Below, one piece after another: positions 18,047-27,219 of a stretch of DNA of 64,000 nucleotides (the stretch's first letter is position 1; every line of letters starts with the position of its first letter). The position numbers and the translations under genes were made by a program. Below the pieces are notes generated by a model. It was not told the DNA's origin. It worked only from the letters and a program-made list of their open reading frames with translations, and searched no databases. The stretch lies in the NCBI GenBank assembly GCA_964393405.1, contig CAYMTR010000003.1, positions 58,915 through 122,914 of the forward strand. Direction: 5' to 3'. This DNA comes from an uncultured Prolixibacteraceae bacterium. Its GTDB lineage: Bacteria; Bacteroidota; Bacteroidia; Bacteroidales; Prolixibacteraceae.

Positions 18047-18997
18047 ATGAAACATTTTACTTCAGTAAACGATTTGCCTTCCATTAAAGAAGCTTTGGAT
18101 GAAGCATTTATTGTTAAAAAAAATCCTTATGATTTTCAACATCTTGGGAAAAACAAAACCATGATTTTAATGTTCTTTAACTCCAGTTTGAGAACCAGAT
18201 TAAGCACTCAAAAGGCTGCTGAAAATATGGGAATGAAAGTGATGGTTCTTGATGTAAACCTTGGCGCATGGAAGCTTGAAACTGAAAGGGGTGTGATTAT
18301 GGATGGAGATAAAGCAGAACATCTTCTTGAGGCAATACCTGTTATTGGTTCTTATGCAGACATAATTGGAGTTCGATCTTTCGCACAGTTCAACAGTAGG
18401 GACGAGGACTATTCTGAAAATGTTCTTAGCCAGTTTGTTAAATATTCAGGAGTCCCAGTTGTAAGCATGGAAGCGGCAACAAGACATCCTTTGCAAAGTT
18501 TTGCTGATCTTATTACCATGGTTGAGTATAAAAAGGTTGAAAAGCCAAAGGTCGTTTTGACATGGGCACCTCATCCAAGGGCTTTGCCTCAGGCTGTTCC
18601 TAACTCATTTGTTGAATGGATGAAAGCTGCCGATTATGATTTGGTAGTAACACATCCTGAAGGTTATGAACTTGCCTCTGAGTTTATGGGCGATTTAAAG
18701 CCTGAATATGATCAAAATAAAGCTTTTAAAGGTGCAGATTTCATTTATGCAAAGAATTGGGCATCTTATTCCGATTACGGGAAAATTCTATCAAAAGATA
18801 TGAATTGGACAGTATCGGATAGGCAAATGGCTTTGACCAATGATGCTAAATTTATGCATTGCCTCCCTGTAAGGAGAAATATGATTGTTACCGATGATGT
18901 AATTGAAAGTAAAAATTCTATTGTGATTCCTGAGGCAGCAAACAGGGTTGTATCCGCACAAGCAGTTCTAAAAATGATACTTGAAGATTTGAAATAA
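18047..18997 (+). CDS. argF': N-acyl-L-ornithine carbamoyltransferase, Bacteroides ArgF' type (predicted N-succinylornithine-specific)
   Basis: 316 aa. As far as I recall the B. fragilis ArgF' sequence, this ORF is near-collinear with it (FFNSSLRTRLSTQKAA, GAWKLETERGVIMDGDK, EAATRHPLQSFADL, HCLPVRRN). Confidence 0.88.
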   Translation: MKHFTSVNDLPSIKEALDEAFIVKKNPYDFQHLGKNKTMILMFFNSSLRTRLSTQKAAENMGMKVMVLDVNLGAWKLETERGVIMDGDKAEHLLEAIPVIGSYADIIGVRSFAQFNSRDEDYSENVLSQFVKYSGVPVVSMEAATRHPLQSFADLITMVEYKKVEKPKVVLTWAPHPRALPQAVPNSFVEWMKAADYDLVVTHPEGYELASEFMGDLKPEYDQNKAFKGADFIYAKNWASYSDYGKILSKDMNWTVSDRQMALTNDAKFMHCLPVRRNMIVTDDVIESKNSIVIPEAANRVVSAQAVLKMILEDLK

Positions 18998-19030
18998 AAA
19001 AATCCCGAAGTAAACCTTCGGGATTTTTTA
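18998..19030. terminator. Bidirectional terminator between argF' and ilvN
   Basis: ATCCCGAAG-taaac-CTTCGGGAT, flanked by an A-run on the 5' side and a T-run on the 3' side. Confidence 0.8.
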
Positions 19031-19046
19031 TCAGTATAATATTGTT

Positions 19047-19592
19047 TTATGCATCAATAACCTGCAGCATTTCGTCTCTTTCTTTTAGAAATTCTGAAAG
19101 ATGCTCTATCGGTGATCTTGTGATTGCAACCTTTCCTGACCGTACAAACTGTAAGACTTTAAACTCGTTTAATTCTGTGAAGAACTCCTGGGTTTCTTCT
19201 GAATGTCCGGTTTTCTCAATTACAGTATAGTCTTTGGTAATCTCCATTATCCTTGCATTGTGCTTTCTAACTAGCTTTTCAATCTTGTTGCTTACTGTCA
19301 ATGCCTCCGTAGATACTTTGTAAAGCGCTACTTCTTGATAGATAATCTCGTCGTTAGTATGGTAATATGCCTTAAGTACTTCAACTTGTTTTTCAATCTG
19401 ACCTACAATCTTTTTAACCTGCTCCTCGGTCGATTCTACAACAATTGTAAACTTACTGACACCCTTTATTGATGACTCAGAAACAGTCAAACTTTCAATG
19501 TTCACTTTCCTTCTTGTGAAAATTATTGTGATTCTATTGAGTAGTCCAATGTGGTTTTCTGAATATGCTGTTATGTTATATTCTTTTTTCAT
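19047..19592 (-). CDS. ilvN: Acetolactate synthase small (regulatory) subunit
   Basis: 181 aa. N-terminal ACT domain (ITAYSENHIGLLNRITIIFTRRKVNIESLTVSES). Directly downstream of ilvB. Confidence 0.92.
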   Translation of the reverse strand: MKKEYNITAYSENHIGLLNRITIIFTRRKVNIESLTVSESSIKGVSKFTIVVESTEEQVKKIVGQIEKQVEVLKAYYHTNDEIIYQEVALYKVSTEALTVSNKIEKLVRKHNARIMEITKDYTVIEKTGHSEETQEFFTELNEFKVLQFVRSGKVAITRSPIEHLSEFLKERDEMLQVIDA

Positions 19593-19621
19593 CTCTAATT
19601 TATTTTAAAGGTTAATTGAGT

Positions 19622-21325
19622 TTAAGAATTTGGTTTTTCCAATATTATTTCAGAAACACTTGCGCCTGTTGGAACCATTGGAAATACGTTATCTTCTTTA
19701 TCAACAACAACTTCTAAAAGGTATGGACCCTTATGTGAAATCATTTCTTCAATTGCACCTTCAAGTTCTGAGTTGAGTTCAACTTTCTTTGCACTGATAC
19801 CAAAAGCACCTGCAAGTTTTATGAAGTCAGGATTTTTTAGTTCGGTAAACGAATACCTTTTTTCAAAGAAAAGCTCCTGCCATTGTCTTACCATCCCCAG
19901 GAAATGATTATTCAGGATGATTATTTTTACAGGTATATCCTCCTGAGCAATTGTTCCCATCTCCTGCATTGTCATTTGAAATCCTCCATCACCTATGAAT
20001 GCAATGACTGTACGATCCGGCCGACCAATCTGAGCACCAACAGCGGCAGGTAAGCCAAATCCCATTGTGCCAAGTCCTCCGGAAGTAATCATACTTCTTG
20101 TTTTCTTAAATTTGAAATAGCGGGATGCTATCATTTGCTGTTGTCCAACATCGGTTACACATATAGCGTCAGCATCTACTTTTTCTGAAGCTATTCTAAC
20201 AGCTTCTCCCATTGATATTTTACCGTTGTTTCTGTAAATATCTTTCTTTATTACTTTCTCAAATTCAATTTCGTAAGCTTCTTTAAACTCCTGAATCCAT
20301 TCTTTGTGTTCATTCTTGTTTATCAGAGGAAGCAACATCGTCAAAACACTCTTTGCGTCACCTAAAACAGGATATTCGGTTTTAACAATTTTATTGATTT
20401 CTGATGGGTCAACTTCAATGTGCATGATTTTTGCCTGTTTTGCATATGCGCTAAGCTTACCTGTTACCCTGTCGTCAAATCTCATTCCAATTCCAATGAG
20501 TAAATCGCATTCATTTGTCTTGATGTTTGGAGCATAATTGCCATGCATTCCAAGCATTCCTACATTCAGCGGGTGATCTGAAGGCACTGCCGAATTTCCA
20601 AGCATAGTCCACGCTGCTGGTATATCTGCTTTTTCTATCAATGAAATTAGCTCTTTTTCTGCTCCTGATATTATTACTCCGTGTCCAACAAGAATGAAAG
20701 GCTTCTTTGCTTTGTTTATTGCATTTGCAGCTGCTATTACTTGTTTCTCATCTATTGGATAATAGGGAATATAACTTCTGATTTTTGTACACTTCTCATA
20801 AGAAAAATCGAGTTCTGCAAATTGAACGTCTTTAGCTACGTCAATCAATACTGGTCCCGGTCTTCCTGAGCTTGCAATATAGAAAGCTTTTGCCATTACT
20901 TCTGGAATCTCAGAAGCATTGGTAAGCTGATAATTCCATTTTGTAACAGGCATTGACATGCCAACTATATCTGATTCCTGAAAAGCATCTGTGCCTAATA
21001 ATGGAGATGCCACTTGACCTGTGATGCAAACTACAGGAGTTGAATCAATCATAGCATCAGCAATTCCTGTAACCAGATTTGTCGCTCCGGGACCTGATGT
21101 CGCAAAGCATACTCCTGTTCTTCCTGTAACTCTTGCATAACTTTGGGCAGCGTGAATAGCACCCTGTTCATGGCGGGTAAGAATATGACGCAAATTATCG
21201 CGATGATCATATAATGCATCATATATTGGCATAATAGCCCCACCGGGATAACCGAATATTGTTTCAACTCCTTCTTCTAAGAGCGAACGTATTATTGCTT
21301 CTGAACCGTTTATTCTTTCTGACAT
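19622..21325 (-). CDS. ilvB: Acetolactate synthase large subunit (biosynthetic, ThDP-dependent)
   Basis: 567 aa. ThDP motif GDGGFQMTMQEMGT and an N-terminus typical of AHAS. Confidence 0.95.
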   Translation of the reverse strand: MSERINGSEAIIRSLLEEGVETIFGYPGGAIMPIYDALYDHRDNLRHILTRHEQGAIHAAQSYARVTGRTGVCFATSGPGATNLVTGIADAMIDSTPVVCITGQVASPLLGTDAFQESDIVGMSMPVTKWNYQLTNASEIPEVMAKAFYIASSGRPGPVLIDVAKDVQFAELDFSYEKCTKIRSYIPYYPIDEKQVIAAANAINKAKKPFILVGHGVIISGAEKELISLIEKADIPAAWTMLGNSAVPSDHPLNVGMLGMHGNYAPNIKTNECDLLIGIGMRFDDRVTGKLSAYAKQAKIMHIEVDPSEINKIVKTEYPVLGDAKSVLTMLLPLINKNEHKEWIQEFKEAYEIEFEKVIKKDIYRNNGKISMGEAVRIASEKVDADAICVTDVGQQQMIASRYFKFKKTRSMITSGGLGTMGFGLPAAVGAQIGRPDRTVIAFIGDGGFQMTMQEMGTIAQEDIPVKIIILNNHFLGMVRQWQELFFEKRYSFTELKNPDFIKLAGAFGISAKKVELNSELEGAIEEMISHKGPYLLEVVVDKEDNVFPMVPTGASVSEIILEKPNS

Positions 21326-21341
21326 ATTATAAGTATTATTA

Positions 21342-23162
21342 TTAAATTATACGAACAGCACCTTTATCAGATGAACTAACCAAACTTGCGTATGCTTTAA
21401 GTGCTTTGCTTATCTCTCTTTTTCTATTTGGCATGAATGCTTCATTGCCCTTTGCAAGTTCATCTGCTCTTCTCTGTTCTATTTCTTTTTCACTAATTAT
21501 TAAATTGATACTTCTGTTTGGGATATCAATTTCTATCTTGTCTCCATTTCTGACTAGTCCAATCTCACCTCCAGCTGCTGCTTCAGGCGAAACATGGCCT
21601 ATAGATAATCCTGAAGTACCTCCTGAAAATCGTCCGTCTGTAACAAGGGCACAAGCTTTATCAAGTTTTACTGTTTTTATATATGAAGTTGGATAAAGCA
21701 TTTCCTGCATGCCTGGACCTCCCTTTGGACCTTCATATAAAATGAAAACAACATCGCCAGCCTGAACTTCTTCACCAAGAATTCCATTGCATGCATCTTC
21801 CTGTGAATGAAATACTTTTGCTGTTCCCGAGAATTTGTATACAGAGGGATCTACTCCGGCAGTTTTGACGATACAGCCATCTTTGGCAATATTGCCAAAG
21901 AGAACTGCGAGACCTCCTTCTTTATTATATGCGTTATCAATATTCCGGATGCAACCTTTTTCCCTATCTAGGTCTGCTTCCTTAAAATTATTATCCTGAC
22001 TGGCCATTACAAGGTTAAACTTATTACCCGGTGCTGCAAGATATATTTTACGTGCTTTATCAGTTGAACTATTTCTAATTAGATCAAATTTGTCTAAAAC
22101 TTCTCCAATTGTATTTCTGTCTACCCTTAAGGCGCTTCTGTCTAAAAGTCCCGCTCTGTCAAGTTCACCTAAAATTCCCATAATACCTCCGGCTCTGTTA
22201 ACATCTTCCATATGGTATTTTGAACTTGGTGCAACTTTGCATAAATTAGGAACTTTGCGTGAAAGCTGATCTATATCTGCCATTGTAAAATCAACTCCCG
22301 CTTCGTGTGCAATTGCAAGTAAGTGAAGAATTGTATTAGTGCTACCTCCCATACCGATATCTAATGTCATTGCATTCATAAATGCTTTCTTGGAAGCTAT
22401 GGAACGAGGTAAAACTTTATCATTTCCCTTATAATAATACTCTTCAGCATTTTCAACAATCAGGTCGGCTGCTTCCATGAAAAGATCCATCCTGAGTTTG
22501 TGAGTAGCTACAACTGTGCCATTCCCGGGTAGTGCTAATCCAATGGCTTCAGCCAAACTGTTCATGGAGTTTGCAGTAAAAAGTCCTGAGCATGAACCAC
22601 AAGTAGGGCAAGCACCTCTTTCAACTTTTTCTACCAATTCATCAGGTATATTTTTATCGGCACCCATTACCATTGCATCAACGAGGTCATATTTATTTCC
22701 ATCAATTGTGCCTGCTTCCATAGGGCCTCCTGAAACAAAAATTGCAGGAATGTTTAGTCTCATTGCTGCCATCATCATTCCCGGGGTTATCTTGTCACAA
22801 TTAGAAATGCATATCATTGCATCTATTGTATGTGCATTGCACATATACTCAACACTATCAGCAATAAGATCCCTTGATGGTAAGGAATATAACATCCCGT
22901 TATGTCCCATTGCTATCCCATCATCAATAGCTATTGTGTTGAACTCAGCTGCAAAACATCCTTTTTCAGCTATCCTTTTCTTAATTATCTGTCCTATTTC
23001 ATGAAGATGAACATGACCGGGAACCATTTGGGTGAATGAATTCACGACAGCTATTACTGGTCTGTTCATTTGTTCTTCTGTCATCCCGTTTGCTCTCCAT
23101 AAAGCCCGGGCTCCGGCCATTTTTCGGCCTTGGGTACTTGTTGCACTTCTAAGTATTGTCAT
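21342..23162 (-). CDS. ilvD: Dihydroxy-acid dehydratase
   Basis: Motifs [12 protein letters not shown] and [19 protein letters not shown] at 23162 ([12 protein letters not shown]) is preferred over the upstream track start at 23189. Confidence 0.95.
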   Translation of the reverse strand: MTILRSATSTQGRKMAGARALWRANGMTEEQMNRPVIAVVNSFTQMVPGHVHLHEIGQIIKKRIAEKGCFAAEFNTIAIDDGIAMGHNGMLYSLPSRDLIADSVEYMCNAHTIDAMICISNCDKITPGMMMAAMRLNIPAIFVSGGPMEAGTIDGNKYDLVDAMVMGADKNIPDELVEKVERGACPTCGSCSGLFTANSMNSLAEAIGLALPGNGTVVATHKLRMDLFMEAADLIVENAEEYYYKGNDKVLPRSIASKKAFMNAMTLDIGMGGSTNTILHLLAIAHEAGVDFTMADIDQLSRKVPNLCKVAPSSKYHMEDVNRAGGIMGILGELDRAGLLDRSALRVDRNTIGEVLDKFDLIRNSSTDKARKIYLAAPGNKFNLVMASQDNNFKEADLDREKGCIRNIDNAYNKEGGLAVLFGNIAKDGCIVKTAGVDPSVYKFSGTAKVFHSQEDACNGILGEEVQAGDVVFILYEGPKGGPGMQEMLYPTSYIKTVKLDKACALVTDGRFSGGTSGLSIGHVSPEAAAGGEIGLVRNGDKIEIDIPNRSINLIISEKEIEQRRADELAKGNEAFMPNRKREISKALKAYASLVSSSDKGAVRII

Positions 23163-23176
23163 ATCGATTTTTTTAT

Positions 23177-23207
23177 AAAAAAAAACCATCCTCTTTTTGA
23201 GAATGGT
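23177..23207 (-). terminator. ilv attenuator terminator (alternative antiterminator uses 23243..23252)
   Basis: On the minus strand ACCATTCTC-AAAAA-GAGGATGGT (9 bp, one G-U pair) is followed by T9, ending 14 nt before the ilvD ATG. The same ACCATTCTCA segment pairs perfectly (10 bp) with TGAGAATGGT, which includes the leader stop codon. Confidence 0.8.
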
Positions 23208-23249
23208 CTGTTAATATTTTTTTGATTTATTTACATCACTTAACCATTC

Positions 23250-23324
23250 TCACTTCTTAGAAATGACGACCACTACTACTAGTAGTACTACTTCAAGAAT
23301 GGATATGTTCAGTAAATTCTTCAC
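23250..23324 (-). CDS. ilv operon leader peptide MKNLLNISILEVVLLVVVVVISKK (GTG start)
   Basis: 24 codons, 15 of them Val/Leu/Ile, including an uninterrupted run VVLLVVVVVI. An in-frame TAA lies 3 codons upstream of the GTG. The TGA stop is embedded in the antiterminator arm. Confidence 0.7.
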   Translation of the reverse strand: MKNLLNISILEVVLLVVVVVISKK

Positions 23325-23583
23325 TTTATTTTCTTATGAAAGCAAATGTATAAATAAAAATTAAAAATCAAAATCTATCTCTAACTTTGTTAGTTAATTA
23401 ACTTTCATTTATTAATTATTTGTATATATAATTATTGAAATTCATATTTTCAACAATCTAATTCTATTGTTCGACAATTTATTGTTGATCTATTATATGC
23501 CTTTTTGATTTTTATTTTGTAAATTCAACATCATTGAATCTGATTCTAATAATCAAATTTCTCTTACTTTAAAAATTGATAAC

Positions 23584-23820
23584 ATGGAAGAACCTAAAAT
23601 TGCAGCAAAAGCTCCAAAAGCTGTTGAACTTGAACCGGGTAAATACTTTTGGTGTGCATGTGGAGAAAGCAAAAATCAGCCATTCTGTGACGGATCACAT
23701 GCTGGTACAGGTTTTAAACCTATGCCTTTTGAAATTACCGAGAAAAAGACTTATTACCTTTGTCAATGTAAACATTCTGAAAATAAACCATTCTGCGACG
23801 GGACTCACAGAAAACTTTAA
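23584..23820 (+). CDS. CDGSH-type iron-sulfur domain protein (two CDGSH motifs)
   Basis: 78 aa with the motifs CACGESKNQPFCDGSH and CQCKHSENKPFCDGTH. Confidence 0.9.
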   Translation: MEEPKIAAKAPKAVELEPGKYFWCACGESKNQPFCDGSHAGTGFKPMPFEITEKKTYYLCQCKHSENKPFCDGTHRKL

Positions 23821-24704
23821 TCTTTAGTTACTCCTGAGGATCTATTTCCTGCAATTTCATCGAATGCTTTTATGTACGTTGGATATTTGAATTCATATCC
23901 CATTTTTATAAGGTGTTCAGGATAAACATTTACCCCATTTAGTATTATGCATGCGGCATCACCAATTAGTAGTTTTAAAAAGAATGAGGGTATTCTTATA
24001 ATCAAAGAATTTCTGAGTCTTTTGGACATAATTCTTGACATTTCATAATTAGTTATTGAGTCAGGAGCAACTAAGTTGAATAATCCCGAAGTAGATTTAT
24101 TCTGAATGAAAAATTTAAAAATCTCAGAAACATCGTCAATGTGAATAATTGAATTAGGTTGTTTACCATTACCTATTCTTACTACAATCCCAAGTTTTAA
24201 AAAAGGCAATATGGTCTTTATCATTCCTCCATCACGACTCAAAACAACACCCAATCGGGCAATTACTAATCTTACAGCTGGATTTACTAGTTCATCTACT
24301 TCCGCCTCCCATTTCGAAACTACCTCTGCAAGAAAACCACTTCCCTTGGTTGTGTTATATTCACTGTAGATTTTAAATTTATCATTTGGATAAATTCCGG
24401 TTGCAGAAGCTGAGATTAATAATTTTGGAGAGATGTCTTCAGGAAGACTATTTAATATTTGTACTATTTTTCGGGTTGTAATAATCCTACTGTCAAGAAT
24501 TAGCTTTTTATTCGCTGGCGTCCACCGTTTTAATATGGGACTTCCGGATAGATTTATAATCACATCTGATTTGGTAATAATTTCTGTCCAATTCTCAAGG
24601 CTTTCATCTCTTTTCAAAATCAATATTTCAGACGCGAAATCTTTAAAGTTCTTAATTACATTTCGACCAATAAAACCGCTGGCGCCGGTAAAAGCAATTA
24701 TCAT
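23817..24704 (-). CDS. NAD-dependent epimerase/dehydratase, TIGR01777/YfcH-like
   Basis: 295 aa. N-terminal Rossmann motif IAFTGASGFIGRN and a DUF1731-like C-terminus. Its stop overlaps the convergent CDGSH gene stop. Confidence 0.75.
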   Translation of the reverse strand: MIIAFTGASGFIGRNVIKNFKDFASEILILKRDESLENWTEIITKSDVIINLSGSPILKRWTPANKKLILDSRIITTRKIVQILNSLPEDISPKLLISASATGIYPNDKFKIYSEYNTTKGSGFLAEVVSKWEAEVDELVNPAVRLVIARLGVVLSRDGGMIKTILPFLKLGIVVRIGNGKQPNSIIHIDDVSEIFKFFIQNKSTSGLFNLVAPDSITNYEMSRIMSKRLRNSLIIRIPSFFLKLLIGDAACIILNGVNVYPEHLIKMGYEFKYPTYIKAFDEIAGNRSSGVTKD

Positions 24705-24880
24705 ATTTTAAAAATTGGAACAAAAAATTAATATATCAGAGGTAAGTTAAGTGTTTTTCTTATAAAAGCATATATGAAACTTGTTTTATATGGATAATTC
24801 TTATTTTTGACTTCGTTTTTTTAACCCGATGTTAATATTCAACTTTCTTTATTTTTTTTATTAATATAATTTGAAATTTT

Positions 24881-25780
24881 ATGAAACCAACTTTAGTTAT
24901 TCTTGCTGCGGGAATGGGCAGTAGATATGGAGGTCTAAAACAATTAGATGAAATTGGACCTAATGGGGAAGCAATTATCGATTATTCTCTTTTTGATGCC
25001 ATAAGGGCTGGTTTCGGTAAAGTTGTTTTTATTATAAGACACGATTTTGAAGAGGCTTTTAAAGCTAGATTCGACGACAAACTTAAAGGTAAAATTGAAG
25101 TTGAATATGTTTTCCAGGACCTTAATGACCTTCCTGAAGGTTTCAGCGTTCCTGAAGGACGTGAAAAACCTTGGGGCACAGGACATGCAATCAGAGCAGC
25201 ACGAAATGTAGTGAAGACTCCTTTTGCAGCAATAAATGCTGATGACTTTTATGGGAAAGAAGCTTATGAAACTATTGTGAGGTTTCTTAATGAAGTGTCA
25301 AATGAAAACACCTATTCAATGGTTGGCTATCGTATGGATAAAACACTTTCAGAAAATGGAACCGTATCAAGAGGTTTATGTATAAGTGATATTGACAAAA
25401 ATCTTACTGATATTAAGGAATTAACACAGATTTCGCACGTTAATGGAGAAATATTCTATTTTGATGGCGATAAGAAAAACTCCCTTGTTGGATATGAAAC
25501 TGTTTCAATGAATTTCTGGGGTTTTCATCCTTCATTCTTCAACTATATTGAAACAAGTTTCGCAGCATTCTTAAAAGAAAAAGGTTCTGAACTTAAGTCA
25601 GAATTCTATATTCCAACTCCTGTCGACGAATTAATTAAGGAACGCAAGGTTAAAGTCAAAGTTCTTACTTCTGATGCTTCTTGGTTCGGTGTTACTTATC
25701 AGGAAGATAAGCCTGTTGTTAAAGAAAAGTTGAAATCATTAATCGAAAACAAAATTTATCCAATAGATCTTTGGATATAA
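24881..25780 (+). CDS. Sugar-phosphate nucleotidyltransferase family protein
   Basis: 299 aa. N-terminal motif LAAGMGSRYGGLKQL and KPWGTGHAI. Confidence 0.7.
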   Translation: MKPTLVILAAGMGSRYGGLKQLDEIGPNGEAIIDYSLFDAIRAGFGKVVFIIRHDFEEAFKARFDDKLKGKIEVEYVFQDLNDLPEGFSVPEGREKPWGTGHAIRAARNVVKTPFAAINADDFYGKEAYETIVRFLNEVSNENTYSMVGYRMDKTLSENGTVSRGLCISDIDKNLTDIKELTQISHVNGEIFYFDGDKKNSLVGYETVSMNFWGFHPSFFNYIETSFAAFLKEKGSELKSEFYIPTPVDELIKERKVKVKVLTSDASWFGVTYQEDKPVVKEKLKSLIENKIYPIDLWI

Positions 25781-25888
25781 TATTCAAACATCTTATTTTT
25801 TCCGCTTATTAATAACTGTGGATTAAATAAATAGTTCTTTTTTAAAATACTTTTGAACGATAATAAAAATTTATAAATACCAGGTAAA

Positions 25889-27208
25889 ATGAAAGTTTTA
25901 AAATTCGGGGGTACATCAGTCGGGTCGCCTGAAAACATGAGGTCAGTAATGAGTATTATTACTCAAGACAAAGAGCCTAAGATAGTAGTGCTTTCTGCAA
26001 TGTCGGGCACTACAAATTCGTTGGTTGATATAAGTAATAACTTATATGAAGCAAAGAAAGAAGCAGCTAAAGATTTGATAAAGTCGCTTAACGATAAATA
26101 TATCAGTGTTGTTGAAAGTCTTTATAAAACTGGTGCAGGAAAGGCAGAAGGCCACAAAATTGTTCAACGCCATTTCGACCTGTTATATCAGCAAACCGAA
26201 GGTGAATTCTCTTCTATTAAAGAGCAAATAATTCTTGCTCAGGGCGAATTGATTTCTACTGCAATGTTTACTGAACTGCTCAAAGAAAACAATATTAAGA
26301 CTATTTTACTGCCTGCTTTGAATTTCATGAGAATTGATGAAGAAAAACAAGCAGATCTTCAGAAAATTAAAGAACTTATTAAGCCGGTACTTGAAAACGC
26401 CGGTAATCAAGAGATTTACATTACTCAAGGATTTATTTGCAGAAATGCAAATGGCGATATTGATAACCTACAAAGGGGTGGAAGCGACTATTCTGCTTCT
26501 CTTCTTGGTGCTGCCATCAATTCTGAGGAAATTCAGATTTGGACTGATATTGATGGGTTCCACAACAACGATCCACGCTTTGTGGATAAAACACAAAGAA
26601 TCGACAATCTTCTTTTTGTTGAAGCAGCAGAACTGGCTTACTTTGGTGCTAAAATCCTTCACCCACTTACTGTTCTGCCGGCAAAAGATGCTAATATTCC
26701 TGTCCGATTATTAAATACAATGAGCCCATCAGATCCGGGTACTCTTATTTCAAACGATAAAACCATTTCAGGGCTTAAAGCTGTTGCTGCTAAAGATGGC
26801 ATCACTGCAATCAAAATTCGATCATACCGTATGCTTATGGCCTATGGTTTCCTTAGGAAGATATTTGAAATTTTCGAAAAATATAAAACTTCTATTGATG
26901 TGATTACAACTTCCGAAGTCGCAATTTCGCTTACTATTGATAACAATAAAAATATTGATCAGATTATTAAAGAATTAAGCGATATTGGAGAGGTTGATGT
27001 TGACAGAGATCTTTCAATTGTTGTTGTAGTAGGAGATATGGTTTCTGAAGAAAAAGTGTTCTCAAAACAAGTCTTTGAATCTCTTGAAGGAATTCCTGTT
27101 AGGATGATTTCTTATGGTGGCAGTCGCTACAACCTTTCAATTCTAATTGAAACAAAATATAAGAAAGAAACACTCCAGAAGCTGAGTGACAATCTTTTCA
27201 ATAAGTAA
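25889..27208 (+). CDS. lysC: Monofunctional aspartate kinase
   Basis: 439 aa. Motifs MKVLKFGGTSVGS and RGGSDYSA, with C-terminal ACT domains. Confidence 0.9.
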   Translation: MKVLKFGGTSVGSPENMRSVMSIITQDKEPKIVVLSAMSGTTNSLVDISNNLYEAKKEAAKDLIKSLNDKYISVVESLYKTGAGKAEGHKIVQRHFDLLYQQTEGEFSSIKEQIILAQGELISTAMFTELLKENNIKTILLPALNFMRIDEEKQADLQKIKELIKPVLENAGNQEIYITQGFICRNANGDIDNLQRGGSDYSASLLGAAINSEEIQIWTDIDGFHNNDPRFVDKTQRIDNLLFVEAAELAYFGAKILHPLTVLPAKDANIPVRLLNTMSPSDPGTLISNDKTISGLKAVAAKDGITAIKIRSYRMLMAYGFLRKIFEIFEKYKTSIDVITTSEVAISLTIDNNKNIDQIIKELSDIGEVDVDRDLSIVVVVGDMVSEEKVFSKQVFESLEGIPVRMISYGGSRYNLSILIETKYKKETLQKLSDNLFNK

Positions 27209-27219
27209 TCTTCATTTAA

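Noticed and set aside
23576-23827. 83-aa ORF overlapping the CDGSH gene in another frame.
   Set aside because: The 23584-23820 frame carries two perfect CDGSH iron-sulfur motifs. The alternative frame has no recognisable features.
25781-25888. Possible lysine riboswitch (L-box) upstream of lysC.
   Set aside because: The intergenic region is only about 108 nt, AT-rich, and shows none of the multi-helix structure or conserved cores expected of an L-box.
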